Part shown: one piece after another, positions 20,155-29,535 of the stretch
Numbering within the stretch: position 1 is the first letter of the stretch
Layout of the letters: the number at the start of each line of letters is the position of its first letter
From: Candidatus Peribacteria bacterium
GTDB taxonomy: Bacteria; Patescibacteriota; Gracilibacteria; UBA1369; 2-02-FULL-48-14
NCBI GenBank assembly: GCA_943354505.1
Contig: CALRCE010000004.1
Coordinates: 1 to 61,332, forward strand
Direction: 5' to 3'
DNA: 61,332 nucleotides
Made by a program: the position numbers and the translations under genes
Notes under the pieces: model-generated
Database searches by the model: none
Seen by the model: only the letters and a program-made list of their open reading frames with translations
What the model was told of the DNA's origin: nothing

Positions 20155-21316
20155 TGTGCGTGGTGCTTTGAGAAATGTTGAGCAGTACTCCCATCGCGAA
20201 GAGAGTCATAACCATGGACGAGCCTCCGTAACTCATGAACGGAAGGGTCACTCCCGTGATGGGAAACAGCGCGGTGTTCACCATGATATTAACGAAAGCT
20301 TGGATGGTAATCCAGGTGCTAATCCCCGTGGCGAGCAACATGCTGAATTTATTGGGCGCGTGGTTGGCGATTTGGAAACCTCGATAGGCAATCGTGGCGT
20401 ATAAAAGCACGATCAAACTCATTCGAACAAAGCCGAGTTCTTCGGAAGTGGCCGCAAAAATGAAATCGTCCACGGCTTGAGGCAAATAAAATTGTTTTTG
20501 AATTCCTTGCGTGAGTCCCCTGCCCCAGAATCCTCCGCTGCCAATGGCGATGTCGGCTTGGTAGGTTTGCCAACAATACACACTTCCGTCGCATTCACTG
20601 CTGGGATCGAAGAAGGAAGCCACACGATTGCGAATGTGCTCCTGCGTTCCGATGGCCACCAAGGCAAAGATGGCACCGATGCCCAAGACCGCAAAGATAT
20701 GCTTCAAATTGGCTCCTCCAATGTAGTAAATCACCCCGGCAATGGCCGATAAAATGATGGCCGATCCCACGTCCGGTTGCAGCACAATCAGTCCAATGAT
20801 GAGCCCTGCAATCATTCCAAACTTTAAAAAACCTTCTTTAAAATCCTGAAGTTTTTCGTGGGAAATTTTTTCGGATAAAAAATAACTCAGATAGAAAATC
20901 AGTCCCAGTTTGGCGATCTCGGAAGGCTGCAGCGAATCAATCGAAGGTAAGCCTGGAATGTTGATCCAACTTTTAGCAAAGGTTCCGTTTTCGTCTCCGG
21001 CAAAGAGCACGTAAACCAACAAGATCACTCCCGCAAGGTAAAAGAGTGGCGCTAAGGTTTTCCATGCTTTGTAGGGCAGCTTCCATGCCACCACCATGGC
21101 GATGAGCCCCAAAAAGGCACGCACCAAATGCTTCTTCAAAATGAGGTAACAATCCACCGCGTCGTCGGCACAATCCCCGTAGGTCAGGTCGGGGGCGGAA
21201 AGGCGGATGGATTTGGGCACTCCAATCGATGTGATCATCACAATCCCCACTAAAACCAGCGCCAGAATGGCGAGCAATAGCACACGATCGTATTTTTGGT
21301 TCTTGAATAGGCTCAC
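20072..21316 (-). CDS. ftsW: SEDS peptidoglycan polymerase FtsW
   Basis: QPSEIAK, LQPDVG, IGSGG.WGRG, DFIFA..EELG, TGVTLPFMSYGGSS; upstream of murG. Confidence 0.93.
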   Translation of the reverse strand: MSLFKNQKYDRVLLLAILALVLVGIVMITSIGVPKSIRLSAPDLTYGDCADDAVDCYLILKKHLVRAFLGLIAMVVAWKLPYKAWKTLAPLFYLAGVILLVYVLFAGDENGTFAKSWINIPGLPSIDSLQPSEIAKLGLIFYLSYFLSEKISHEKLQDFKEGFLKFGMIAGLIIGLIVLQPDVGSAIILSAIAGVIYYIGGANLKHIFAVLGIGAIFALVAIGTQEHIRNRVASFFDPSSECDGSVYCWQTYQADIAIGSGGFWGRGLTQGIQKQFYLPQAVDDFIFAATSEELGFVRMSLIVLLYATIAYRGFQIANHAPNKFSMLLATGISTWITIQAFVNIMVNTALFPITGVTLPFMSYGGSSMVMTLFAMGVLLNISQSTTHNEYSPDRRRDSRARYTQSRYSGRYSRL

Positions 21317-21359
21317 TGATTTGGCGAAAGAGTGAGGCCAGTGTAGCGGAAGCAGTCGA

Positions 21360-23660
21360 TCAAGGCAAAGTGCCTAGATGCGTGATGAAGCCAGGTGTGG
21401 CCACGAAACCGTCAACATAAGTGATCCATGCTTCCATCGCTGCTCTTCCTGTATGGGCTGGGGGCACCAAAGCTAATTTTGCCCTTAATCCTCCTGTCAC
21501 CCCAATCATTGTAGACACCGCTGCATCTGACCAAACAAAGCCTTTTGGAGCCCCAATGAAAGCCGCTAGATTTGTTTTGAACAACTGTTGATTCGTTAAG
21601 GACATGGGTGGTACTGGGGGGACTGCCGCAGGATTTCCTAGTACGGCTACTGGAGCTGTCTGTACACGGGGGTAATGACCCATTAAGAAAGCTGGGGTGA
21701 TCCTATCCAAGATGGCGGTGACGGTCGCGGCGTCGGTAGCGCTTTGCAATGCTTCTCCCAACTTTTCGTTTAGGTCTGCATCAAGGTACAGAGCTTCGAT
21801 TTGTGAGTCCACTCCTCCGGGCGCAAGCATGTCAGTGAGAAGACCGTCTAGTGCAGCTCTCTTCGCAAGATTGGCAGCACCAGTCACTGGACCAAGGGGA
21901 GCGGCGGTTCCCAGAGCAACTCTGAGAGCATTGATGCGATTGGTGAACATCACTCGTGTCACTTTTTTAACATTCAATCCTGTTACTTCAGCTATTTTTG
22001 CTTTGACTTCTTCTTTTTCTGCCTTGGATCCGGATGCTGCAGATGCCAAGGTAGGACCATCTATCAGTGTTAAGAAGTGGTTGCGGAATTCATCTTCTTC
22101 CCATCCTCTTAAGAATGAGGTTCGAGCTCTTTCTAGATTAACACCTGCCTTTCCGCGTACGGTTTTCCCGAGTTGAGCTCCAAATTTCGTATAGTCGATG
22201 GTTTCTGATTTTGGCGGGAAGAGCACTTCCAAACGGGTGCCTGTACCTCCAGTTGGCGATGCCAATAAACGAGCGCGTGCTTCGTTCACACGAGTTCTCA
22301 CGGCCGTCCACTTCGCTCGTGTGGCAGTGTCTGTTGCAGGAATGGCACTCAAGAGACCTAAGGCTCCTCCATTGTTTGCATCCAAAGCATAAGGTGGAAC
22401 GGCTGGAGTCACCGTGGTGGGCCCTATCAACGTTTCGGTGAAATTGTTTAGGTCATCGGTAGAAATACGTTCTTTGGCTGAGAAGTTGAAGAGTTGACAA
22501 ATTTGTTCTTTCACTAAGTCAGCTTCTTCATACATACCGCCTTCCAAAGCCAGATCATTTGCGAGAGAATGGAAGGCTTTGTCGTAAGCGGCCAGGTTTA
22601 TATTGCCTAAGAACTGTACCACGAGACCCGGAGTGCCTTTCACCTGCTCCATGAGTGTGTCCCCAAACTTATTTATGTCTTTATTCAGTTTCACGTCTTC
22701 GGTGGCGGGTTCGGCAATTTGACCGAGGTTTGTCGCATTTACCCACTGGCGTGCATTTCGAATTGCTTGCACAAAAGAGTGAAGGCTGTGGTTGGCGTGA
22801 ACATTGCGAAGATCGTGGATGTGTATGACCTCTCCAACGCTTGGATCTGCAGGGGTAGGTCCGGGCGTAATAGTACATCCTAAGCGAAGCAAGACTTGCG
22901 CAGACTCATCTAGGAACTGGTCTCGAGTTTCGATGTCGGGACCAAACAACTTTGAGAACTGTTCATTTGCCTTTTTCTGTCCTTTGGCGTTGCTCAGAGC
23001 CTTTGTAAAGTTGGGCTGATGAAAGAAGAGACTGTAGTGCCTGTGCAAATCCATTTCATTGATGTTCGCCATAAGGCCTTCCACACTGTGGTGGTACGAA
23101 CGTGGATCGTCTTCATCGGGATAAAAACCTAAGATCTGTCCTGCTAAGTCTGTGTAGTTGGGTGCGATCTTGTGAGGTGGATGATCCGGTAGACCTGTTG
23201 CCTTTGCTACTACCCACATGATGAGTGGTAATGCGTAGCGAAGTTTATCCATCCCTGGAAGAGGAATGGCATCTAAGGTGTCGTCTACGGCTCTGGTTAA
23301 AGTGGGTTTATCCAATTCTCCTTTCTTAAAGGCCTTGTTTGCTGCACTTACGCTCTCGATTGCACCTTTCACATCCGCCCAATCCACATCAATCGTCTTG
23401 ATGCCTGGTTTCTTTTTGGCTGGCGCTCCATGCCCTCCGTGTCCTTTTTCGGCGGGGACACCTTCAGCAGCAGGAGCGGCTTCTTCTCTATTGAAATTTG
23501 AATTGTTGGTGGGCATGCGACTCATCACATCCTCAACGCGCGCTCGTGTTGAAGCATTCAGGCCTGACAAATCAGGATCGAGAGACCGTCTTCCCACTCC
23601 TTGACGAGGCATGCCTCTCTCCTGGCCATCATCGACTGTTTGTGCTCCAGATCTTGCCAT
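21360..23660 (-). CDS. Hypothetical protein with three degenerate internal repeats
   Basis: 766-aa ORF; disordered N-terminus; repeats begin KFGDTL, KFGAQL, KLGEAL. Confidence 0.75.
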   Translation of the reverse strand: MARSGAQTVDDGQERGMPRQGVGRRSLDPDLSGLNASTRARVEDVMSRMPTNNSNFNREEAAPAAEGVPAEKGHGGHGAPAKKKPGIKTIDVDWADVKGAIESVSAANKAFKKGELDKPTLTRAVDDTLDAIPLPGMDKLRYALPLIMWVVAKATGLPDHPPHKIAPNYTDLAGQILGFYPDEDDPRSYHHSVEGLMANINEMDLHRHYSLFFHQPNFTKALSNAKGQKKANEQFSKLFGPDIETRDQFLDESAQVLLRLGCTITPGPTPADPSVGEVIHIHDLRNVHANHSLHSFVQAIRNARQWVNATNLGQIAEPATEDVKLNKDINKFGDTLMEQVKGTPGLVVQFLGNINLAAYDKAFHSLANDLALEGGMYEEADLVKEQICQLFNFSAKERISTDDLNNFTETLIGPTTVTPAVPPYALDANNGGALGLLSAIPATDTATRAKWTAVRTRVNEARARLLASPTGGTGTRLEVLFPPKSETIDYTKFGAQLGKTVRGKAGVNLERARTSFLRGWEEDEFRNHFLTLIDGPTLASAASGSKAEKEEVKAKIAEVTGLNVKKVTRVMFTNRINALRVALGTAAPLGPVTGAANLAKRAALDGLLTDMLAPGGVDSQIEALYLDADLNEKLGEALQSATDAATVTAILDRITPAFLMGHYPRVQTAPVAVLGNPAAVPPVPPMSLTNQQLFKTNLAAFIGAPKGFVWSDAAVSTMIGVTGGLRAKLALVPPAHTGRAAMEAWITYVDGFVATPGFITHLGTLP

Positions 23661-23681
23661 ACGTTTTTATTTTTACTTTGT

Positions 23682-24533
23682 TTAAGCGGCTTTCTTGAAA
23701 CCTCTTCTGTGGTGGGCGGCGGCTGCGTGATTCTCTTTGTGTTCTTCAGCGTGTGCATCTGTGGCGGGATGATCCTCCCCGTGATCCGCTTCTGTGTGAG
23801 CCTCCTCATGGGCTGGTTCTGCATGAGCACTTCGGCCAAAAAGCCCTTTGAAGAATCCGTAGGTCTTTCTGAAAGGATAGGTGATTCCGCTTCCGATGGT
23901 TTTCATCCATTCTGGAGCGCTTGCGATGGCGTTTCCAGTAGCTTCTGCCGCTTTTTCTCCGATTTTCCCTACAGCATCGATGGCTTTCCCTCCGAGGTAA
24001 ACCGCCGTGGCAGTTGTAGCTGCTGCGGCTACAGCAAGTGTCCCGAGGACCCCTACTCCTACCTTTGCGCCCGTGCTCCATCCTTTCTTTTCTTCGTGTC
24101 CATGAGGGGCTGAATGTGCAGCGGCGGCTGGTGCGGTTGCGGGTGTTTCGGCAGGTTTTGCTGGGTGGGCTTCAGCTGTCACTTCTGGCTTCTTCTCCTC
24201 TGTCTTCGCTTCTTCTTTTTTAGCGGGTTCTCCTTCTTTGGCTTTGGCAGTGTCAGGTTTGTCCTTTTCATCCCCTTCTGCTTTTCCTTTCTTCTCTGGG
24301 TGAGCTTTAGCTTCTTCTTTCTTATGACCAGGTTTATCGGCCGAGTCTTTTGGTGCTGTGGCAGCGATGAGTCTCTTTGCTAAATTCCTGCTCACGCCAT
24401 CCACGGCATCAGCACCGTTCTCGAATGCACTTCTGACTGCACGAGATACACTAACGTATCCTCTTGGTTTTTCTCGGCCTTTGCCCTCTTCTGCTCCGTG
24501 TCCGCCGGGTGCTGCTGGTGCTGGGTGTGACAT
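23682..24533 (-). CDS. Low-complexity His/Lys/Glu/Ala-rich protein with a central hydrophobic segment
   Basis: 283-aa ORF; VGVGVLGTLAVAAAATTATAVYLGG; His-rich tail. Confidence 0.75.
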   Translation of the reverse strand: MSHPAPAAPGGHGAEEGKGREKPRGYVSVSRAVRSAFENGADAVDGVSRNLAKRLIAATAPKDSADKPGHKKEEAKAHPEKKGKAEGDEKDKPDTAKAKEGEPAKKEEAKTEEKKPEVTAEAHPAKPAETPATAPAAAAHSAPHGHEEKKGWSTGAKVGVGVLGTLAVAAAATTATAVYLGGKAIDAVGKIGEKAAEATGNAIASAPEWMKTIGSGITYPFRKTYGFFKGLFGRSAHAEPAHEEAHTEADHGEDHPATDAHAEEHKENHAAAAHHRRGFKKAA

Positions 24534-24553
24534 AGTTTTTTATTAGTCTATGG

Positions 24554-24582
24554 ATTATACATCTTTTTCAAGGTTTGGTCAA
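24554..24582 (-). promoter_or_regulatory. Sigma70 promoter for the two-ORFan operon
   Basis: Minus strand TTGACC-N17-TATAAT. Confidence 0.7.
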
Positions 24583-24647
24583 AGCATTTAAACCTCTTCC
24601 GTCTCTTTTGGGTTGGCTGAATTTTGGCTTTTGAATATAACTTAGTC

Positions 24648-25136
24648 ATGAAAAAAATATCTGGGATGCAAAAAGAGGCTAATCGACTGGATCACATCTG
24701 GAAGTTTTTTGCGCCGATTGTTCTGCTTTGTTTTGGCTTGGATCAGATCAGTAAAATCTGGGCCACCACCCATCTCACTTTGGGTGAAAGCGTGGATTTT
24801 GGTTTCAATCTTTCCAAGAACTCTCAGCTGGTTTTTGGATTGCACATGCCGCTCTTCGGCACTTATCTTTTGACTGGGGGTATTTTGGTTCTTGGTTTTT
24901 ATGTGGTTGTTAAAAATTGCCTGTGGAAGCATAAGCGTCACCTCTTCCCTTTGGCCTTGATTCTTGCCGGAGCCCTCGGGAACATCGTGGACCGGGTTCG
25001 TTTTGGTTATGTGGTGGACTTCATCCAGGTCTATTGGTGGCCTACGTTCAACTTGGCCGATGTCTTCATTGTGAGCGGCGTGCTGCTGCTTTCTTGGCAG
25101 GTGATGATTTCGGAAGACGCGCTGGAGGATTTATAA
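24648..25136 (+). CDS. lspA: Lipoprotein signal peptidase II
   Basis: LDQISK, GALGNIVDR, VVDFI, WPTFNLAD. Confidence 0.93.
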   Translation: MKKISGMQKEANRLDHIWKFFAPIVLLCFGLDQISKIWATTHLTLGESVDFGFNLSKNSQLVFGLHMPLFGTYLLTGGILVLGFYVVVKNCLWKHKRHLFPLALILAGALGNIVDRVRFGYVVDFIQVYWWPTFNLADVFIVSGVLLLSWQVMISEDALEDL

Positions 25137-26174
25137 AAAGTAGTTCTTTGCTGCGAATTCAAACTCTTCTAGAAACAGTTTTTTAAGGGGTTCCAATTGA
25201 TTGGTTTCGTAAAATACAATGACGGATTTTTTATACTCAGAAATGTCCACACTCCTGAACGAAAGTGGACAAAATCCGTTGGCAAGTAAAATCGCATTGG
25301 CTGTTAAGCGAGAAGTTCTTTTGTTTCCATCTTCAAAAGGCTGAATATAGGCGAGCATGGCAAAGGCGACGAAGGCTACTTCTATTGGATGGGAGAGTTT
25401 TTTAAGTTTTTCAAGAAGAAAGTTTACCGCGTCCAGTATCTCGTGTTCGTTGTCCAAAGGCTTGTAGTTGGTGCCGAGAATAAAAACCGCTCTCTTTCGG
25501 ATTCCCGTTGCGACGCCCAGGTCTTGCACAAGGAGATGATGCAGTTCTCTGAGCTTCATTAGACTCAAGTTTTTAAATTCTTCGGGTGCTTCTTGAATGT
25601 ATTCGAAGGCGGCTTTATGGTTCAGCAACATTTGAGCTTCTTCGGGCGTGTGGTTTTTGCTCTCGATTTTTTCTTTCAAAAGAAGCTCCGTGTCGAGCAA
25701 ACTGTAAGTGTTCCCTTCTATTTTTGAAGACTTCCAGGCCAGTTCGATCATGATCCGTTCGAATTCCTTTTTTTTGAGGGCGGGTGAGTAAGAATTTTGA
25801 GCTTTTTGAAAATTTTTACTCAGGGCTTCACAGTGTTCGAGCTCCTCAAGAGAGAATAGGTTTTTAAGTTGATCAAAAATCTCGAAATTGAAAACGGGGC
25901 CTGCTGGTGCTCTTTTATCCATCTCTTTCCTGAAGTAAGAGCTGAGCGAAATGGGCTTCAACAGTTGATTTTGAAGTTTTGCAAAGTAGATCGTCGAGGG
26001 CCCTTTCCCCTTTTTCTCTATGAGTTTGAGCTCTAATAGCTCATTTAAATCACGAATGATGGTCAGTCGAGAAAATTCACTAAAAGATTTGAGCAGATCA
26101 CCCGTTTGAACCCCTTCAGATGACCTTATGAGATGGAGTATTTTCTCTTGTCGTTTTGTGAGTTTTGGAGCCAT
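25131..26174 (-). CDS. Fic family protein with N-terminal winged HTH
   Basis: SRLTIIRDL HTH; SSKIEGN; QPFEDGNKRTSR Fic motif. Confidence 0.92.
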   Translation of the reverse strand: MAPKLTKRQEKILHLIRSSEGVQTGDLLKSFSEFSRLTIIRDLNELLELKLIEKKGKGPSTIYFAKLQNQLLKPISLSSYFRKEMDKRAPAGPVFNFEIFDQLKNLFSLEELEHCEALSKNFQKAQNSYSPALKKKEFERIMIELAWKSSKIEGNTYSLLDTELLLKEKIESKNHTPEEAQMLLNHKAAFEYIQEAPEEFKNLSLMKLRELHHLLVQDLGVATGIRKRAVFILGTNYKPLDNEHEILDAVNFLLEKLKKLSHPIEVAFVAFAMLAYIQPFEDGNKRTSRLTANAILLANGFCPLSFRSVDISEYKKSVIVFYETNQLEPLKKLFLEEFEFAAKNYFL

Positions 26175-26242
26175 TTATTGTAACAAAAATAACGCCTTTA
26201 TTGTAACAAAATGATACAATAAAGCAAGCAGAATGATACAAT
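26174..26242. promoter_or_regulatory. Operator-like repeats upstream of the Fic gene
   Basis: TTTATTGTAACAAAA x2 (26174, 26197); AATGATACAAT x2; inverted TTTATTGTA...TACAATAAA. Confidence 0.6.
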
Positions 26243-26256
26243 TCCTATCCTCAAAG

Positions 26257-27072
26257 TCACGCCGCGATGACTTTGGATTCGTGGGTGAGTTTGGTCATCA
26301 GGTCCACGGGGCCTTCTTTGCCCGTGATGAGTTTGAACATGGTGAAGACTTGGTTTAGGAACCAAATCTCGCCGGAAATCACGTGGGGCACTTGGGCCGC
26401 CTTGGCTTCTTCTAAAAATAGGCTGGTGCGACCGTAAACCGCATCCATCGCCACCATGACGTGCTTCCAGAGTGGAAAGGGCACCAGGGTGCTTTGGCGG
26501 GCTGCGTTGCTGGAGGCGGTGGCGTTGATGATGAGATCGGGGAACTTTTCCCAACGGCGCAGGTCTTCCACCCACTCGATGTTCATTTTTTCAGCAAAAT
26601 CTTTGGCGCGTTCCGGGGTGCGGTTCCAAATGGCGACATGAGCTCCTTCTTTTTTGAGTCCGTAGGCGGCGGCACGAGCGGCGCCCCCGGCTCCCAAGAT
26701 GAGCACCTGCTTTTCTTTTAGGTTGAGCATGGCGGTTTTTAAGGCTCCCAAGGCTCCCAACCAATCGGTGTTGTGGCCCACGAGTTTGCCTTCTTGGCTT
26801 AAAATCAGGTTCACGGCGTTCACGGCTTTGGCTTCTTCGGTGGATTCGTCCAAGTATTCCAAAGAAGGCGTTTTATAGGGCATGGTGGCCACCACTCCGG
26901 CGAGCTCTCCCTTCTTGAGTTGCGCCATGATGTCTGGCAGCTCTTCTGGTGGGATGTCCGTGGTTTGGAACTCCGCGTCGATGCCGAGTTCTTTGAAGCC
27001 GCCATTGATGACGGGTGTCGTCAAACAGAAGCTCAGCGGATGGCCGATGATCAGGTATTTTTGAGTGCTCAT
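26257..27072 (-). CDS. aroE: Shikimate dehydrogenase family protein (atypical substrate site)
   Basis: IGHP, TMPYK, AVN, NTDWLG, LGAGGAARA, NRT; ATGA-coupled start MSTQKY. Confidence 0.82.
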   Translation of the reverse strand: MSTQKYLIIGHPLSFCLTTPVINGGFKELGIDAEFQTTDIPPEELPDIMAQLKKGELAGVVATMPYKTPSLEYLDESTEEAKAVNAVNLILSQEGKLVGHNTDWLGALGALKTAMLNLKEKQVLILGAGGAARAAAYGLKKEGAHVAIWNRTPERAKDFAEKMNIEWVEDLRRWEKFPDLIINATASSNAARQSTLVPFPLWKHVMVAMDAVYGRTSLFLEEAKAAQVPHVISGEIWFLNQVFTMFKLITGKEGPVDLMTKLTHESKVIAA

Positions 27073-27827
27073 TTCTTCTTGTGGTCGGCCATGAAATCCT
27101 TGAGCCCTTCCACCGCCTTCAAGACTTCGATGGGCAACATCCACACCGTCGTGTTGGATTGATCGGAGGAAATGTCATTGATGGAATCGAGGGTGCGAAG
27201 GTGCAAAGCGCCCGGGGATTGAGAAAGCATTTTGGCAGCTTTGGCGATATTTTCGGCGGCGATGACTTCCCCTTCGGAACGGATGATGGTCGCACGGCGT
27301 TCGCGTTCGGCCTCAGCTTGCTTACCGATGGTGCGCTTCATATCGTCGGGAATCAAAATGTCTTTGAGTTCCACGTTCACCACGGTGACTCCCCATTCCT
27401 GAATGGTGGAATCCACGTTGGTTTTGATGCGTTCGGCTAAGGTTTCACGCTTCGACAAAAGGTCGTCCAAACTCACTTCTCCCACCACGTTTCGCATGGT
27501 GGTTTGTGCCAACTGACTGGTGGCGTAGAAGAAGCTTTCAATGTTGAGAATGGCCTTGCTGGCGTCCGTGACTTTGAAGAACAAAACCGCGGTGACACCG
27601 ACGGAGATGTTGTCTTTAGTGAGACACTCTTGAGTGGGCACTTCCACGGCACGCAGACGCAGATCCACTTTCTTCATGGATTGAATGACAGGGAAAATCA
27701 GTCTCCATCCGGGGTTCACCATTTTTGTGAATTTTCCCAAGGTGAATTTCACTCCTCGTTCGTATTCGTTGACTTGTCGAATGCTCACCAAAACGATGAT
27801 GAAACAGAGGAAGAGGAAGAAAGGCAT
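27069..27827 (-). CDS. SPFH/band 7 (slipin) protein
   Basis: EYERGVKFTLG, VDLR, LTKDN, AQTTMRNVVG, QAEAERERRA. Confidence 0.93.
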   Translation of the reverse strand: MPFFLFLCFIIVLVSIRQVNEYERGVKFTLGKFTKMVNPGWRLIFPVIQSMKKVDLRLRAVEVPTQECLTKDNISVGVTAVLFFKVTDASKAILNIESFFYATSQLAQTTMRNVVGEVSLDDLLSKRETLAERIKTNVDSTIQEWGVTVVNVELKDILIPDDMKRTIGKQAEAERERRATIIRSEGEVIAAENIAKAAKMLSQSPGALHLRTLDSINDISSDQSNTTVWMLPIEVLKAVEGLKDFMADHKKK

Positions 27828-27864
27828 AGGCTCTGATTAAGGATATGTCACTGTCGTGACGGCC

Positions 27865-28830
27865 CTATTGTAGCAAGTTTGCCCAGTTTTGCCAGAATAC
27901 TTTTTGCAACTGCGTATAGGGCAGATCGAGGCCCGTGTAGGTCGTGACTCCATCTTCAGGGTTGTCGTCTACGTCGGACTCAAATTCTCCTTCAGAAAAC
28001 ATCCAAATGTAATCTTGATACAGGTCCTTTAAGAAGTCTTGATCCTTGTCTTCGTAACTGGTGACCACATTGTCGGTTGCAAACAGGATGCGATCTTGGA
28101 ATTTGTCGAAGAAATCTTGATAAGCCTCTGTGTTCTCACTGATGGTTTCAAAGCCTTCCGTAGCAAAAGCGGTGCTGCCGAAGCTGGTGTCTATGTAAAG
28201 ATTTGGGAAACGGTCCATCAAATCGGTGAGCCGGTTGAGCGATTTGGAAGAGAGACAGTAGTGAGGGCAGATCACATCCAAGTTGGGGTGCAAAGTCAGC
28301 ACATTTTCCAGTTCTGCTTTGAACTCCCCGGCATTCACTGGCAGCATGAGGAGAGCGCCACTTTCTTCGAGCATCGTGTAGAGATCACCGAGTCTGGAAT
28401 CGTCCAAAGGCAAGATGTGGGAATAGCTGTATCCGTTGTAGAGTTTGACGCCCAGTGCTCCCAAATCCAAACAGTCTTGAGTGGTTTCTGTTCGGCTCAC
28501 ATCTAGAGGATCCACGGTGCAGAAGAACTCGAAAGAGTCTTGTCCCGCGGTTTGTGCCACAATTTGTTCCACCAAAGTGTTGCTGCTTGCCACATCGCTC
28601 AAAGACACTTCCTTTCCGTCGTAGTACAAAAGCCCTTCGGGAATGGCGTGCAAAACGGTGGTTCGGATGTTCAGTGTTTCCATCACATTTTGCAGATTGA
28701 GCACGTCTCCTACCTTTTCAATGGACTCATGAACATTGATGATGGGGGGCAAGGAAGGACTTGCCAAAGTGACTTGCACGAGGAGCAAGAGCAGGGCTGT
28801 GGCCCAAATCAGGGGGTTGTTTTGTGACAT
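27865..28830 (-). CDS. Amidohydrolase-2 family protein with signal peptide
   Basis: INVHE, GVKLY, PH, NLYIDTS, DRILFATD, VFWQN. Confidence 0.75.
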   Translation of the reverse strand: MSQNNPLIWATALLLLLVQVTLASPSLPPIINVHESIEKVGDVLNLQNVMETLNIRTTVLHAIPEGLLYYDGKEVSLSDVASSNTLVEQIVAQTAGQDSFEFFCTVDPLDVSRTETTQDCLDLGALGVKLYNGYSYSHILPLDDSRLGDLYTMLEESGALLMLPVNAGEFKAELENVLTLHPNLDVICPHYCLSSKSLNRLTDLMDRFPNLYIDTSFGSTAFATEGFETISENTEAYQDFFDKFQDRILFATDNVVTSYEDKDQDFLKDLYQDYIWMFSEGEFESDVDDNPEDGVTTYTGLDLPYTQLQKVFWQNWANLLQ

Positions 28831-28881
28831 AGGGGTGGATTACAAAGGCCAGTATGTCATACTGTGAAAAATTATCAAGCT

Positions 28882-29508
28882 ATGGCTCAGATTCATCCCT
28901 TTGGCTCCTTCCCTCCTGCAATCGTTGCGGGCGTTTTTGACGGGGATGTGCTCACCGAGCTGCCTTTTGAAGTGCAGAAATTGAAGCAAGTGCATGGAAC
29001 GGAGATCGTGGAGGTGAGTGCCGTGGGTGAAGATGTGGAAGGGGACGCGCTTCTCACGAACACACCGGGAGTACGCTTGCTGATCAAAACGGCGGATTGC
29101 ATCCCTTTGGTTTTATGGGACCCCTCGTCGGGCTGGATCGCGGCCGTGCACGCAGGGTGGCGGGGCCTTACGGCAGACCTCGTTCCAAAGACGATTGCGC
29201 GAATGATTGAGAAGGGGGCTCGTACGGCAGATTTACAGATTGGAATTGGTCCTTCGTTGGGGGTGGAGTGTGCGGCATTCAGTGAACCTTCAAAGGAGAT
29301 TCCTGCGCAGTACCACTGGGCGGTGCAGCCGGACCAACACGTGGACTTGTGGGCGATTTTGGAGAGGCAGCTCAGAGAGGCCGGGGTGAACATGGGAAAA
29401 GTGGAGTGGATGAGAACCTGCACGGCGTGCGATCCTCGCTGGTTTTCGTGGCGACGGGATAAGACCTTGGCAAGGCTGGGAACCTTCATTGAAATCCGGG
29501 TTTTGTAA
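28882..29508 (+). CDS. pgeF: YfiH/PgeF family (purine nucleoside phosphorylase/laccase-like)
   Basis: QVHG, GDALLT, TADCIP, AVHAGWRG, IGPS, CTAC..WFSWRR. Confidence 0.92.
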   Translation: MAQIHPFGSFPPAIVAGVFDGDVLTELPFEVQKLKQVHGTEIVEVSAVGEDVEGDALLTNTPGVRLLIKTADCIPLVLWDPSSGWIAAVHAGWRGLTADLVPKTIARMIEKGARTADLQIGIGPSLGVECAAFSEPSKEIPAQYHWAVQPDQHVDLWAILERQLREAGVNMGKVEWMRTCTACDPRWFSWRRDKTLARLGTFIEIRVL

Positions 29509-29535
29509 GTCCTTCAACTCTGATAGAATGCCGCC

